NCBI GenBank assembly: GCA_013239625.1
Contig: MU053881.1
Span: 14,562,373 to 14,626,372, forward strand
DNA: 64,000 bases
Direction: 5' to 3'
Source of the DNA: Lama guanicoe
Taxonomy: Eukaryota
Shown: one piece after another, positions 10,285 to 23,796 of the stretch
Position numbering within the stretch: the first letter of the stretch is position 1
How the letters are laid out: each line of letters begins with the position of its first letter
The notes under the pieces: generated by a model
What the model was told of the DNA's origin: nothing
The model's input: the letters and a program-made list of their open reading frames with translations, nothing else
Databases searched by the model: none
Made by a program: the position numbers and the translations under genes

Positions 10285-12600
10285 TTTTTTTAAGATGTTA
10301 TTTTTCAGAGCAGTTTTAGCTTCACAGCAAAATTGAGTGGAAGGTGCAGAGACTTCGCGTGTGCCCCCTGCCCCAACACATGCACAGCCTCCCCCGTTAT
10401 CAACATCTCCCGCTAGAGTAGTATACTTGTTACAGTTGATGAACCTGTATTGACACATCATAATCACCCAAAGTCTATAGTTTATGTTAGGGTTCACTTT
10501 TCCTGCTGTATATTCTATGGATTTGGACAAATGTGTAGTGACATATATCCATCGTTGTGGTGTCATACGGAGTATTCTCAGTGCCCTAAAATTCCCCGTG
10601 TTCTGCCTATTCATCTCTTTTTCTTCCTTAACCCCAGGCAACCGCTGATTTTTTTTTCTGACTCCGTAGTTTTGCCTTTTCCAGAATGTCATATAATTGG
10701 AGTCATAGTATGTTGCCTTTTTGGATTGGCTTCTTTCACTTAGTAATATGCATTTAATTTAAGGTTGCTCCAAAGTTGTTGGGGTTTTTTTGGTTTTTTG
10801 TTTTGTTTTTTTTGTGTGTGTTTTTTGTTTGTTTGTTTGTTTTGCTTGATAGCTCATTTCTTTTTAGACTGAATGATTTTCCATTGTCTAGATGTACCAC
10901 AGTTTATTTATCCATTCATCTCCTGCATGGCATCTTGGTTGCTTCCAAGATTTGGCAATTATGAATAAAGTTGCTGTAAACATCTGTGTACAGGATTTTT
11001 GTGTGGACATAAATTTTCAACTCTTTTATACCAAGAAGTGTGATTGCTGGATCGTATGATACATTTAGTTTTGTAAGAAACTGGTTAACTGTCTTCCAGA
11101 GTGACTAGTATCAAGCAGAGAGAACATTTCTTAACCAGTAAGCCCTGAAGTGTGATAGTGTCAGTTCTCCAACTTTGTTCTTTTTCCATATTGTGTTGAC
11201 TGTTGTAGGGCTTTTGTCTCTCTGTATAAACTTTAGAATCAGATTGTCAATATTTGCAAAATAACTTGCTGGGATTTTGACTGGAATTGCACTGAATCTA
11301 GAAATCAAGTTGGAAATAACTGACATCTTGACAGTGGTGAGTCTTCCTATCCATGAACATGTAATCTCTTCATTTATTTAGTTCTTTGAATTCGTTCATC
11401 AGAGTTTTTTAGTTTTCCTCATATAGATCTTATACATATTTTGTTAGACTTATATCTAAGTAGTTCATTTTGGGAAATGCTAGTGTAAATGTTTTTAATT
11501 TCAAATTCTACGTGTTCATTGCTGGTGTGTAGGAATGTGATTGACTTCTGTATATTAATCTTGTATCCTGCAACCTTTCTATAATAGCTTGTTAATTCCA
11601 GGATGGGTTTTCTGGTCTTTGATCTGTTTTTTTTTCCTATGTAGATGATCATGTCATATTTCTTCCTTCTCAATCAGTACATCTTCTGTTTCCTTTTCTC
11701 ATCTTACTGCATTAGCTAGAACTTCCAGTATGATGATGAAAAGCATTGGAGGGGTGGGATATTCTTGCCTGGTTTCTGTTTTCAGTGGGAAAGCTTCAAG
11801 TTTCTTATGTAAGTATGATGTAAGATATAGGTTTTTTTATAGATATTCTTTATCAAGTGGAGGAAGTTCCCTTATGTTCCTAGTTTACTGAGAGTTTTCT
11901 TGTGAATGTATATTAGATTTTGTTAAATGCTTTTTCTGCAGCGATTGATATGATCATGTGATTTTTCTTCTTTAGCCTATTAATGTGATGGATTACACTA
12001 CTTTTTTTCCCCTTCTTTTGATGGGGGGAGGCCATTAGGATATTTATTTATTTTCTTAAATGGAGATATTGGGAACTGAACCCAGGACCTTGTGCATGCT
12101 AAGCATGCACTCCACCACCAGGCTGCACCCTCCCCCACCAGATTACATTACTTGATTTTCAAATGTTGAAGCAGCATTGTGTGCTTGAAATTAAGCCCAT
12201 TTGGTTGTGGTGTAGAACTCTTTTTATACATTGGTGGATTAAGTTTGCTAATGTTTCGTTGAGGATTTTTATATCTCTGTTCACGAGGGATGTTGGTCTG
12301 TAGTTTTCTTTCCTTGTAATGTTTCTGTCTGGTTTTAGTATTAGGGTAATTGAGTGAGTTAGGAAATGTTCTCTCTGCTTCTGTCCTCTGAAAGAGATTG
12401 TACAGAATTGGTGTGATCTTTTTCTTTAAATGTTGGGTAGAATTCACCAGTGAACTTTTGGAAGATTATTAATTATTGATTCAATTTCTTTAATAGAAAT
12501 AGGCCTGTTTAGATTGTCTGTTTCTTCTTGTGTGAGTTCTGGCAGATTGTATCTTTCAAAGAATTGGTTCATTTCATCTAGGTTATCAGATTTGTGGCAT
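10285..12600 (-). mobile_element. Old L1 fragments (3'UTR and ORF2 pieces) in SUGP1 intron 7
   Basis: Minus-strand ORFs with L1 ORF2-like peptides (LNRPISIKEIESIINNLP; INIQKSITFLHTSNE; FSAIPVKIP). Confidence 0.85.
12002..12138 (-). mobile_element. tRNA-derived SINE nested in L1
   Basis: gaacccaggaccttgtgcatgctaagcatgcac; flanking direct repeat gattacactac/gattacattac. Confidence 0.85.
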
Positions 12601-13644
12601 AGAGGCCAGTCTCCCCATCCCTCCATCCCACTCTAGGTATTGATGTTATTAACAGACCTAGGAGTTCTTCCATCCCTTTCCCAGCTCTCATGTAGAAATA
12701 GTCTGTGGGTTTTTTCTGCTAACTTTCTCTTATATAGAAGGAATTTACATCATCCTTGAGCCTGCATGTTACTTTTGTAGTACAGCATTGTACCATGACT
12801 GTCCCTCCAGGTTCACGAGTATAGGTGTAGCCTCTTCTTGTCAAGGGCTGTGTAATCTGTGCTGTGTATAGATTTTGCTGTATGGAACTGGGCTGTGACT
12901 CTTCTCTCTGGTGTGGACCCCAGAGTTGGGACAGTTGGCTCAGTATGTGCATAGTCTAAGAGATGCTGGGCAGGTGCAGAGGGAGCTACAGCCTCTGCCA
13001 GCTCTGAACCCAGCACCACTTGCTCTGCATTTGGGAACCCACAGCTTCCAGCGAGGCTGGCAGTGAGTTCCCTGTTCATTCCAGTGTTCAGTGTCTTTGT
13101 TTTGGCTCTGTTCACTCCTGATGCCTCTTAAGGATGCTTCAGAAAGGAGCACAAGTGTGCCCAGCTGTTAGGTTTGGGACAAATCCTGCCCTTCCTGGCA
13201 CCAGGTGTCTCTGGCAATTCAGGATTTCTTGGTTTGTGGGCACTGGTGCCCTCGTCTAGGGCAGCAGGGGAAAAATCCCTGCAGAGCCTTGGGAAGGTCT
13301 GAGAGAGCCCACACCATTTCCTTCAAAGCACAGGATCAGTGATAGTTTAACAGGCATACAGTAAAGATGGAATGGGGGTTTGGAGTGGCTCACAGCTCAC
13401 AGGAACAGCATCATGACAGTCTGTGGGCATGTCACACTGTTCGATAAGTTAGGGCCACCAGAGCCAGTACCCACTGAGGCTAGGCAGGGAAGGAGATCAT
13501 GATAGAGACCTCCATCTTGACATGATCCTGAAGTGACCCTGGCCGACCTGAGTGTGCCTATGCAAGGCCCACACTTCTCCTGCCCTAAATCAGGGGTAGG
13601 GGACTGAGGCTCAAAGATGGTGTTCCTCCCACTCTCCTTTGCAG

Positions 13645-14000
13645 CTTTCTGTATGAACCCAACAGCCAAGGGTACAAGTACTACCGCCAGAAGCTTGAGG
13701 AGTTCCGGAAAGCCAAGGCTGGTCCCACAGGCACCCCCACAGCACCTGACCTTTGCCTGAAGCGCAGATCTCCTCCTGAGACTCCATTGGGGTCCATGCC
13801 CACTGCCACTACATGCCCCACCTCATCTGCCCCCTTGCCCGCCATCAGCCCGTCTCCAGCTGCCCCAGGGAAGCTCGCCATCACAGCCACTATGAAGAGG
13901 AAACGAAAGAGCCGGTGGGGGCCTGAAGAAGACAAGGTGGAGCTTCCACCCGCCGAGCTGGTGCAGAGGGATGTGGATGCCTCTCCCTCGCCTCTGTCAG
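13645..14000 (+). CDS. SUGP1: SUGP1 exon 8 (SURP2 C-terminal half, Pro-rich region, KRKRKSRW motif)
   Basis: ttgcag|C...TCAG|gtggg; [20 protein letters not shown]...[19 protein letters not shown]. Confidence 0.95.
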
Positions 14001-16479
14001 GTGGGCCGACCCCCTCCCCCAGCCTATTGAAAGGGCCTAGCATCTTTCACTTCACGTAATGTTTTCAAGATTCATCTGTGTTGTAGCACACGTCAGAATT
14101 TCATTCATTTCTATGACCAAATAATATTCCAGTATATGGATAGACAACACTTTGTTTATCCTTTCATCAGTTGTTAAAGCTTGAGTTTTTACCATTTGGC
14201 GATTGCCAGTATTGCTGCTGTGAACATTGGCCTACAAGTACTATTTGGATCCCTAATTTTGATTCTTTTTTGTGTATACCTACGAGTGGCATTCCTGGGT
14301 CACGTGGTAAGTCTGAGGAATCACCAAACTGTTTTTTACAGCAGCTGCACCATTTACGTTCTGACCAGCAATGCACAAGGGTTCCAATTTTTCCACACTC
14401 TCGCCTTATTATTGTAGCTATCCTAGTAAGTGTAAAGTGAAATCACATTGTAGTTTTGATTTGCATTTCTCTAGTGACTAATGGTGTTGAGCATCCTTTC
14501 ATGTGTTTTTTGGTCATTTGTATATACTTTATTTGGAGAAATGTCTATTTTGCCCATTTTTCAATTGGGCTGTTTATCTTTTTGTTGTTGAATTGTAGTG
14601 GTTCTTTATATGTTCTGGACGTTAACCCCATTCAGATAAGTGATTTGCAAATATTTTCCCTAATTTTATCTGCTGTGTTTTCACCCTCTTAATGTCCTTT
14701 AATACACAAAAGTTTTCAATTTTAATGAAGTTCAATTTATTTTTTCTTTTGTTGCCTGTGGTTCTGGTATCATATTTAAGAAACCCCAGCCAAATACAGA
14801 GTCTTGAAGATTTCCCCCTATATTTTCTTCTAAGAGTTTTATAGTTTTAGGTCTTTCATCCATTTGGGGTTAATTGTTATATATGATAAAAGGTTAGAGT
14901 TTAACTTCATCCTTTTGCTTGTGGAGATCCAATTTTCCCAGCACCATTTGTTGAGAAGCTGTTGTTCTTTCCCCATTGAATGGCCTTGACGCCCTTGTCA
15001 AAAATCCCATAGATGTAAAGGTTTATTTCTGGGCTCTCTGTTCTATTACATTGGATTATATGTCTCTTCTTATGCCAATAGCACAGTTTTGATTACTGTA
15101 GCTTTCTGGTAAAATTTGAATTTGGGAGTGTCAGCCTTCCAAACTTGTTCTTCTTTTTCAGGCTTTGGCTCTTTCAGGTCCCTTGAATTTTCATATAAAT
15201 TTTCAGATGGGCTTTTCCATTTCTGCAGAAAACATTGTTGGGATTTTGATAGTGATTGCATTAAATCTGTAGGTTGTTTGGGTGGTATTGACATGTTAAC
15301 AATATTTGAGTTTTCCACTCTGAGAACATGGGCTGTTTTTCCATTTACTTAGGGTTTCTTTAATTTATTTCAACATGTTTTTGTATTTTCACCGTACAAG
15401 TCTTGTATTGCTATTTAAATTTATTCCTAAGTGATTTATTTTTGATGCTATTGCAAATGGAATTGTTTTTATTTCCTTTTTGGATTATTTGGTTTGGGTG
15501 TATGGAAATACAACTGATTTTTTTGTGTGTTAGTTATGTATCTTATACCTTTGTTGAATTTATTTATTAGCGTAACAGTCTTTAGGGTTTTCTACCTATA
15601 AGATCATGTCATCTGCAATAAGAATAGTTTTACTCTTTCCTTTCCAGTTCGGATGTCTCTCCTTTCTTTTTCTTTCCTAATTGCTCTGTAGTGCTATGTT
15701 GAATAGAAGTGGCAAAAGCAGGCATCTCTCCCTGCCTTGTTCCTGATCTTAAAGGGGAAGCTTTTGGTCTTTCACAATTAAGTATGACTTTTGCTGTGTT
15801 TTTAATACATGGCCTTTGTCTTATTGAAGAAGTTCGCTTCTGTGCCTAGTATATTGAGTGTTTTTATCATTAGACTGTTAGATTTTGTCAATGACTTTTT
15901 GTGCATCAACTGAAATGATCATGTGGTTTTTTCTTTCACTGTATTAATGTGGAGTATTACATTGATTTTTTGTATGATGAACCACCCTTGCATTCCTGGA
16001 ATAAATAATTATTTTAATATACTGATGGACTTGGTTTGCTGGTATTTTTGTACAGATTCCTGCGTCTATACTCATAAGGATTATGGGTCTGTAATTGTCT
16101 TATGTTGTCTTTGTCTGCCTTTGGTATCAGGGTAATGCTGACCTCATAAAATGAGTTAGGAAATGTTCCCTTTAATTTTTTTGGAAGAATTTGAGAATAA
16201 TTGGTGTTAATTCTTATTCTTTTAAATCTTGGGTAGAATTTACCAGTGATCCTATTTAGTTCTGGGCTTTTCTTTGTTGAGGGGAGGTTTTGATTATTGA
16301 TTCAGTTTCCTTACTTGTTATAAATCTATTCATATTTTTCTGTACTTCTTGAGTTAGTTTTGGTAGTTGTTCCATTCTAGGAATTTGTCCACTTTGTCTA
16401 GGTTATCCAGTTTGTTGGTGTACAGTTGCTTATTGTATTCTCTCATAAGCCTTTTATTTTTGTTGAGTCATTAGTAACA

Positions 16480-17354
16480 CACTAGTCCCCCTTTATCTGT
16501 GCTTCTGCTTTCTGTGGTTTCAGTTACCCACTGTCAACCATGGTCCAAAAATATTAAATGCAAAATTCCAGGAATAAATAATATAATAATATAGTTAAAA
16601 TGTAAATCGTTTTGAGAGCCATTCTGAGTAGCGTGATGAAATCTTGTGCCATCCGCTCCACCCCACCTGGGACATGAATCATCCCTTTGCCCAGGATATC
16701 CCACCTGTTAGTCATTCCTAGTCACTCAGATATCAGATTGACTGTCAGGGTATTGCAGTGCTTATCTTCACAAAACCATTATTTTACTTAATAATGGCCT
16801 CAAAGCACATGAATAGTGATGCTGGCAACTTGAACATGCCAAAGAGAAGCCATAAATTGCTTCCTTTAAGTAAAAAGGTGAAAATTCTTGAGTTAATTAG
16901 CTGAGGTGGCCAAGACCTAATAAGCTGAGGTTACCAAGATCTACAGTGAGAAGAAATCATCTATCCATGAAATTGTGAAGAAGGAAAAGGAAATTCATGC
17001 TAGTTTTGCTGTTATACCTCAAACTGCAAAAGTTACGGCCACAGTGTGTGCTAAGGGTTTAGTTAAGATGGAAAAGGCATTACATTTGTACAGTAAAATA
17101 TTGTTAGGGAGAAACTACATTCACATAATTTTTACTATAACTGTTACATTTTATTATTAGCTATTGTTGTTGATTTCTTGCTGTGCCTAATTTTTTTAAA
17201 CTTTTTTTTATTGAGTTTACTGTGTCTAATTTATAAATCAAATTTTATCATAGGTATGTATATATATAGTACACACAGGGTTCAGTATTTGTGGTTTCAG
17301 GCATCCATTAGGGGATCTTGGAATGTATCCCCTGTAGATAAAGTGGAACTACTG
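16480..17354. mobile_element. Tigger-family (MER44/Tigger7-like) DNA transposon
   Basis: Terminal inverted repeats cactagtccccctttatc / gataaagtggaactactg followed by TA; MER44-like internal sequence. Confidence 0.8.
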
Positions 17355-17604
17355 TATGCCCCATTTTTACTTTTTGTTTTAGTAGTTGAGTCTTCTTTTT
17401 TGCTTAGGCAGTCTATCTAAAGATTTGTCCATTTTGTTGATCTTTTTAAAAAGCTTTTGGTTTCATTGATTTTTCTCTCTTGTATTTCTATTTCCTGTTT
17501 CATTTTTCTCCGTCTAATCTTTATTCCTTCCTTTTGCTGGTTCTGGAATTAGTTTGCTCTACTTTTGCTGGTTTCTTAAGATGTACAGTTAGGTTATCTA
17601 TCTT

Positions 17605-17750
17605 CCTTTTTTGTTGTTTTGTTTTGGGGCGTAATTAGCTTTATTTATTTGTTTTTAATAGAAGTACTGGGGATTGAACCCAGGAGTTCACTCATTCTAA
17701 ACACACATTCTGCCACTGAGCTATACCCTCTTCCCACCTACCCCCGCCCC
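17605..17750 (-). mobile_element. tRNA-derived SINE
   Basis: gtactggggattgaacccagga...ccactgagctataccctc. Confidence 0.8.
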
Positions 17751-18399
17751 CAGGTCTATCTTTTTTTTTTTTTTAACATTTTTTTTTATCGAGTCAAATT
17801 TATCTTCTTTTTAATGTGAGCATCTACAGCTATAAATTTCCCACTTGACATTGCTTTTGCTGCATCCAATAAGTTTTGATGTGTGTTATGCTTTTGTGTT
17901 TATTCATCTCTAAGCATTTTCTGATCTCTTGTGATTTCCTCTTTGACCCATTGATTAAGAGTGTGTTATTTAATTTCTAGATTTTTGAGTTTTCCAGTTT
18001 TCCTTCTGTTACTGATTTCTAGTTTCATTCCATTGTGATCAGAAAAGAAATCATACTTGGTATGATTTCAGTCTTTTAAAATTTATTAAAACTTGTTTTA
18101 TAGCCAAACCTATGATCTGTTCTGGAGAATGTTCCGTGTGCACTTGAGGGGACTATATTCTGCTGTTGGATTTCTTGTTCAATAGGTGTCTGTTAGGTCT
18201 GGTTGGTTCATAGTGTTGTTCAGTCCTCTATATCCTTATTGATCTTCTGTTCATATGTTCTGTCCATTATTTAAAATGGGATATTGAAATTTCCAACAGT
18301 TACTATATTATTTCTTCCTTCAGTTTTGTCAATTTTTATCATGTATCTTGGGCCTGTGTTGTTAGGTGTGTGTGTGTATGTATGTATATATTTATTTAT

Positions 18400-20168
18400 A
18401 AATTTTTAAAAATTGAAGTATAGTCAGTTTACAGTGTTGTGTCAATTTCTGGTGTACAGCATAGTAGTTCAGTCATATATATCCATACATATATTCGTTT
18501 TTATATTCTTTTTCGTTATACATTACTACAAGCTATTGAATGTAGTTCCCTGTGCTATACAGTATAAATTTGTTATTTATCTATTTTTATATATACCAGT
18601 CAGTATCTGCAGATCTCGAACTCCCAGTTTATGTCTTCCTACCCACTTCTCCCCTGGTAACCATAAGTTTGTTTTCTGTGTCTTGAGTCTGTGTCTGTTT
18701 TGTAAATAACTTCATGTCTTTTTTTTTTTAGATTCCACATGTAAGTGATATATGGTATTTTCTTTCTCTTTCTGGCTTACTTCATTTAGAATGATAATCT
18801 CCAGGTCTGTCCATGTTGCTGCAAATGGCTGAGTAGTATCCCATTGTACAAATATACCACAACTCTTATCCACTCATCTGTCGATAGACATTTAGGTTGT
18901 TTCCATGTCTTGGCTATTGTAAATAGTGATGCTGTGAGCATTGGGGTGCATGTATCTTTTCAAATTAAAGTTCCCTCTGGATATTTGCCCAGGAGCGGGA
19001 TTGCTGGATCATATGGTAAGTCTGTCTTTAGTTTTTTGAGGAATCTCCATGCTGTTTTCCATAATGGCTACACCAAACTACATTCCCACCAACAGTGTAG
19101 GAAGGTGCCCTTTTCTCCACACCCTCTCCAGCATTTATTGTTTGTGGACTTTTGAATGATGGCCATTCTGACTGGTGTGAGGTGATACCTCACTGTAGTT
19201 TTGATTTGCGTTTCTCTGATAATTAGTGATATTGAGCATTTTTTTAAGTGCCTATTGGCCATTTGTATGTCTTCATTGGAGAATTGCTTATTTAGGTCTT
19301 CTGCCCATTTTTGGATTGGGTGGTTTGCTTTTTTTATTATTAAGTTGTATGAGCTGTTTATATATTCTGGAAATTAAGTCCTTGTCAGTCTCATCTTTTG
19401 CAAATATTTTTTCCCATTCCATAGGTTGTCTTTTTGTTTTGCTCTGGCTTCCTTTGCAGTGCAAAAGCTTATAAGGTTAATTAGGTCCCATTTGTTTATT
19501 TTTGCTTTTATTCCTATTCCTGGGTAGATTGCCCTGGGAGAACATTGCTGAAATTTATGTCAGAGAATGTTTTGCCTGTGTTTTCTTCTAACAGGTCTAT
19601 AGTGTCTTGTCTTAAGTTTAAATCTTTAAGCCATTTTGAGTTTATTTTTGTGTATGGTGTGAGAGATTGTTCTAACTTTATTGATGTGCAGCTGTCCAGT
19701 TCTCCCAACACCATTTGCTGAAGAGACTCTACTCCATTGTATATTTATATTCTTGCCTCCTTTGTTACAGATTAATTGACCAGAAGTCTGTGGATTTATT
19801 CCTAGGCTCTCTATTCTGTTCCATTGATCCATATGTCTGTTTTTTGTACCAATACCATGCTTTTTTTGATTACTGTAGTTCTGTAGTATTGTCTGAAGTC
19901 TGGGAGGGTTATTCCTCCAGCTTCATTCTTTTCCTTCAGTGTTGTTTTGGTAATTCTGGATCTTTTGTGATTCCATATAAATCTTAGGATTCTAGTTCTG
20001 TGAAAAATGTCCTGGGTAATTGGATAGAGATTGCATTAAATCTGTAGATTGCTTTGGGTAGTGTGGCCGTTTTAATAGTATTAATTCTTCCAATCCAAAA
20101 ACGTGGAATATCTTTCCATTTCTTTAAATCATCTTTCATTTCCTTAGTTAGTGTTTTGTAGTTCTCCT
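18400..20168 (-). mobile_element. Younger lineage-specific, 5'-truncated L1 (~1.8 kb)
   Basis: ORF2 C-terminal peptides ([18 protein letters not shown]...HCWWEC; DQWNRIE); flanking repeat tatatttattta on both sides. Confidence 0.88.
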
Positions 20169-22150
20169 GTGTATATTTATTTAATTGTTATGTCTTCTTT
20201 CTGTATCAAATCTTTTGTAAATACATAACATCTTTCTTTGTCTCTTATAACCTTTTTTGATTTAAAGTCTATTTTGTCTGATACTAGTATGGCCAGCCCA
20301 GCTCTATCTTGGTTACTATTTGCATGAAATAACCTTTTTTCATCCTTTCAATCTATTTGTGTCTTTGTGTCTAAAGTCTCTTATAGGCAACATATAGATA
20401 ATCCTGTTTTCTCTTAAGCTTTAAAGTACTTAGATTCATTCTTATCACAGAAAACTCACGAAATGAACAGTGACAAGCACAATAATTGCTACAGTCATTT
20501 TTGCAGTTATCTCCAACTTCTTACTCCTTGACAACAATTTCAGGCCCAGCCATTGTGTGGCTTCATTTCTCGTTTTCTGTCACAAACCCACAAGGGTGGG
20601 TGTCTGTTGTCATCACATTTTGCCGATGATATTGGTGACTAATAATTGGCCGTTTCATGCCATCTGTCTGACTACCCCACTGTGCAGCCTGCACCATGGG
20701 CAGAACCCTCTCAACCTCCCTCACCTGCAACTTGCCTGGAACTGGCCACAGAGGCACATAGAGGAGTCATGTGCACCCTGGTGCCAATGCCTACATCGGC
20801 TGTACAAGGGTAGGCTGAGAGAGAAGGCAGCTCACCCAGGTCACAGGGCTGGCCTGTTGGCCCTGCGTGCCCAGTTCTGAGAGCGGTCTCTTGCTCAGTG
20901 CCTCCCTGGCCCAAAGAGAAAAGCTACTGACAGAAGAGCTGAGTACTCACTGGGGCTCTAGGTAGCACCTCTCCCCAGGGTTGAGGGCACCTAGGGTCAG
21001 ATTGCCACTCAAGTGCCGAAGCTGGTACCCGCTGCAAAGGAGGGTGCTCTGGTGTGAGTGCTGCTCTGATGCATACACTCCCTAGCTCTGAGATCATGTC
21101 CCCGAGGTCCAGTCCCAGCTCCCCGCCAGTGAAGATGTGTTCTTCATCATGTGGGGGACAGGTACAGACTCAGTAGTCTCAGGTTCAGGTACCACTGGCC
21201 CACATCACCCCAGGGGGCATGGGCAGCCCCCGCCTGCCTGCTCGCTGGGGGAGTGGCCCGTGGAGGAAAGGCACTGTGGACATGCTCCAGGCACACAGCA
21301 AGCTGCTCAGACCTTGGCTCCCTTGTTCTGTCCATGGGGCTGCCCAACATCCTTCAGAGCCCCCACAGCCCGAGGAGGGGTTGGGGCACAATCATAGGGT
21401 TCCGGGAGCACCTGTGAGTGGTTCTCGCAGTTGAAGCCCAAGCCCTGGTGAGCTGGGAGGATCTGGCTCTTTCCATCCTCCCAGAGGGACCTCTGCACCC
21501 TGTTCTGCCTGGCTTCTTCCTCAGGAAGCCACCACCTGAGGGATGGTTGTTTCCACCACCCAGATGGGGCTATTGCAGCATCTTCATGTGAATTAGTTGT
21601 CTCCAACCAAGCTCAGAAGTTGATGCCAAATTAAACATCAGTTGCTTTAAAGATGGTTGGCTGCCTCCCCGGAAGGAGCTAACAGAGCCACACAGCTGAG
21701 TCTTGCCAAACCTGTGCCTACACCAGCTGTGCTCACCACAGGACTTAACTTCCAAGAGTCAGTGTGCGCGCGTGCACATGCACGCACACGCACACACAAA
21801 CCTCTTCTCTCATGTCTTGGACTTTCCAAATTCCCTACCATGTCACCCATCAGCCGTGTGACCTTTACTGAGGCTCCAGACCTCTCAAGTTCTGGTGTCA
21901 GCAACCCCAGCATGGAGTCTTAGAGCCTACCCGGAGAGGTTGTGTGGGGATGAAACTAAGTACACAAATAGAGCGGAGCAAGGGGCACCCCTAGGTCATC
22001 AAGTGACATGCATTACCACCTGTTCCAACTTAAAGGCCTTGCCTCATGCACCAGGTGCCTCAGGTGTCATCAACACGTGGACTCTGCCTCGCGTGCAGGT
22101 ACGAGGCTAGTCCAATGTCTGTTGTTGACCAGCCTATGTCTTGTTTCTAG

Positions 22151-22257
22151 TTCAGGACCTCAAGGGCCTCGGCTACGAGAAGGGGAAGCCTGTGGGTCTG
22201 GTGGGTGTCACAGAGCTGTCAGACGCTCAGAAGAAGCAGCTGAAGGAGCAGCAGGAG
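22151..22257 (+). CDS. SUGP1: SUGP1 exon 9
   Basis: ttctag|TTCAG...GAG|gtaag; [36 protein letters not shown]. Confidence 0.95.
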
Positions 22258-23114
22258 GTAAGGCCGTGGAGGGCAGGGTAGGCAGCCTCTGCAGGGGCCG
22301 GTGGGATATTGTCTCCCTCCCTGCCCTGTGGTGCAGTGATCCCAGTGTATTCTTTCTGAACCTCCCTGGCCAGTTGGATCCTATGATCAAGGGAGAGGCT
22401 CCTGGGCAGGCAGGTACCCTGACAATGGCATGCCACCTGTGAGCGCCCTCCCCAGCCCACAGCTGAGCCCAGAGCCCAGGTCTTGTCACGCTACCTGGTC
22501 AGCCTCTGCAGCCAGGGCTCCACAGCTAATCCCCACCACGCTTGTGGGCTGGTCCCAGCTGGACAGTCTCCATTTTGGTTTTCCTTCCAGTTCCCTACAG
22601 CATTCAGTACAGGATAGGCCTGTCTGGCACTGGGTACCCTGAACAATGGGACAACTGCTCAGTTGGTGTTGGGTAGTGTTGGAATGAGGGCTGGCTTAGC
22701 TGACAACTCTGTGGCCAGGACACAAGACAGCTAGAACAGCTGGGACAGCTTACCCGGGCCACCTCCTCCAGGCTGGCAGCCCCGTTACATCACCCTCAAC
22801 CCTCCCAGGGGTCAGGAGCCACCTCGCCCTCATTTGGTCCACAGTGATGATGCTCATGATGTTCCAGGTTCCAGGCCAGGCCCCAGGCTCTGGGCAAGGC
22901 AGAGAGGTGTCCTCCCTGCTCCAAACAGATTCGGGGAACCCAGGGCATGTCCTGACACAGGACTCAGTGTCTTTCTGAACACTTGCTCCAAGTCCTACTC
23001 ATGAGTTGGCCTCAGAGAGTTGGGAAGAGGGGTGCCCAGCATGCACGGGAGGTGGGGGCTAGCCTCCTGCATGTGTGGTGCACGGCCCTGCTCACTGGCA
23101 TGTGCCACCCACAG

Positions 23115-23292
23115 ATGCAGCAGATGTACGACATGATCATGCAGCACAAGCGCGCGATGCAGGACATGCAGCTGCTGTGGGAGAAGGCACTGCAGCAGCA
23201 CCAGCACGGCTACGACAGTGACGAGGAGGTGGACAGCGAGCTGGGCACCTGGGAGCACCAGCTGCGGCGCATGGAGATGGACAAGACTCGGG
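23115..23292 (+). CDS. SUGP1: SUGP1 exon 10
   Basis: cacag|ATG...CGGG|gtggg; [24 protein letters not shown]...MEMDKTR. Confidence 0.95.
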
Positions 23293-23689
23293 GTGGGCCA
23301 AGGCGCGAATCACAGGGATGGGGTGGGCTGGGGGGTGCGTGGCTGAGGCCTTGCCTTCAGGGCTCTGCAGGCTCAGGAAGCCCCATTCACCTGCCCAGGA
23401 AGTGCCTGGAGGCACCACATTGGGGTCTTAAGTCACCTGCCCAGCCTTAAGGCCTTGGGCAGGAGACTTGGCCTCTTTGTGCCTCAGTTTCTTCAGTGGT
23501 GAAAGGATAGTTAACTGGCATTTGAACGTGGTACACAGAAGGGCTGCGTGGGAGATCAGGGGCTCAGGTCGAGGTCTCAGCCAGCTGCCTCGTTCCCCAT
23601 GGCCCAAGACTCCCCTCGACACTCATACTTGTGCTGTGGGGCTGCCACACGCTCCATCCTCCTCTCACCTTTACCTCATCTCTGGGCAG

Positions 23690-23796
23690 AATGGGCAGAG
23701 CAGCTGACGAAGATGGGCCGGGGTAAGCACTTCATCGGGGACTTCCTGCCACCAGACGAGCTGGAGAAGTTCATGGAGACCTTCAAGGCACTGAAG
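23690..23796 (+). CDS. SUGP1: SUGP1 exon 11
   Basis: ggcag|AA...AAG|gtagg; [36 protein letters not shown]. Confidence 0.95.

Larger units (their letters stand above)
14040..20410 (-). mobile_element. Ancient L1 (3' end plus decayed ORF2) interrupted by younger insertions
   Basis: Continuous T-rich antisense L1 sequence that resumes after each insertion. Confidence 0.8.

Noticed and set aside
18844..19987. Functional L1 ORF2
   Set aside because: 5'-truncated and fragmented by stops and frameshifts.
20410..21700. Structured RNA or snoRNA in SUGP1 intron 8 unique sequence
   Set aside because: I could not identify a convincing C/D or H/ACA box arrangement with terminal stems by eye.
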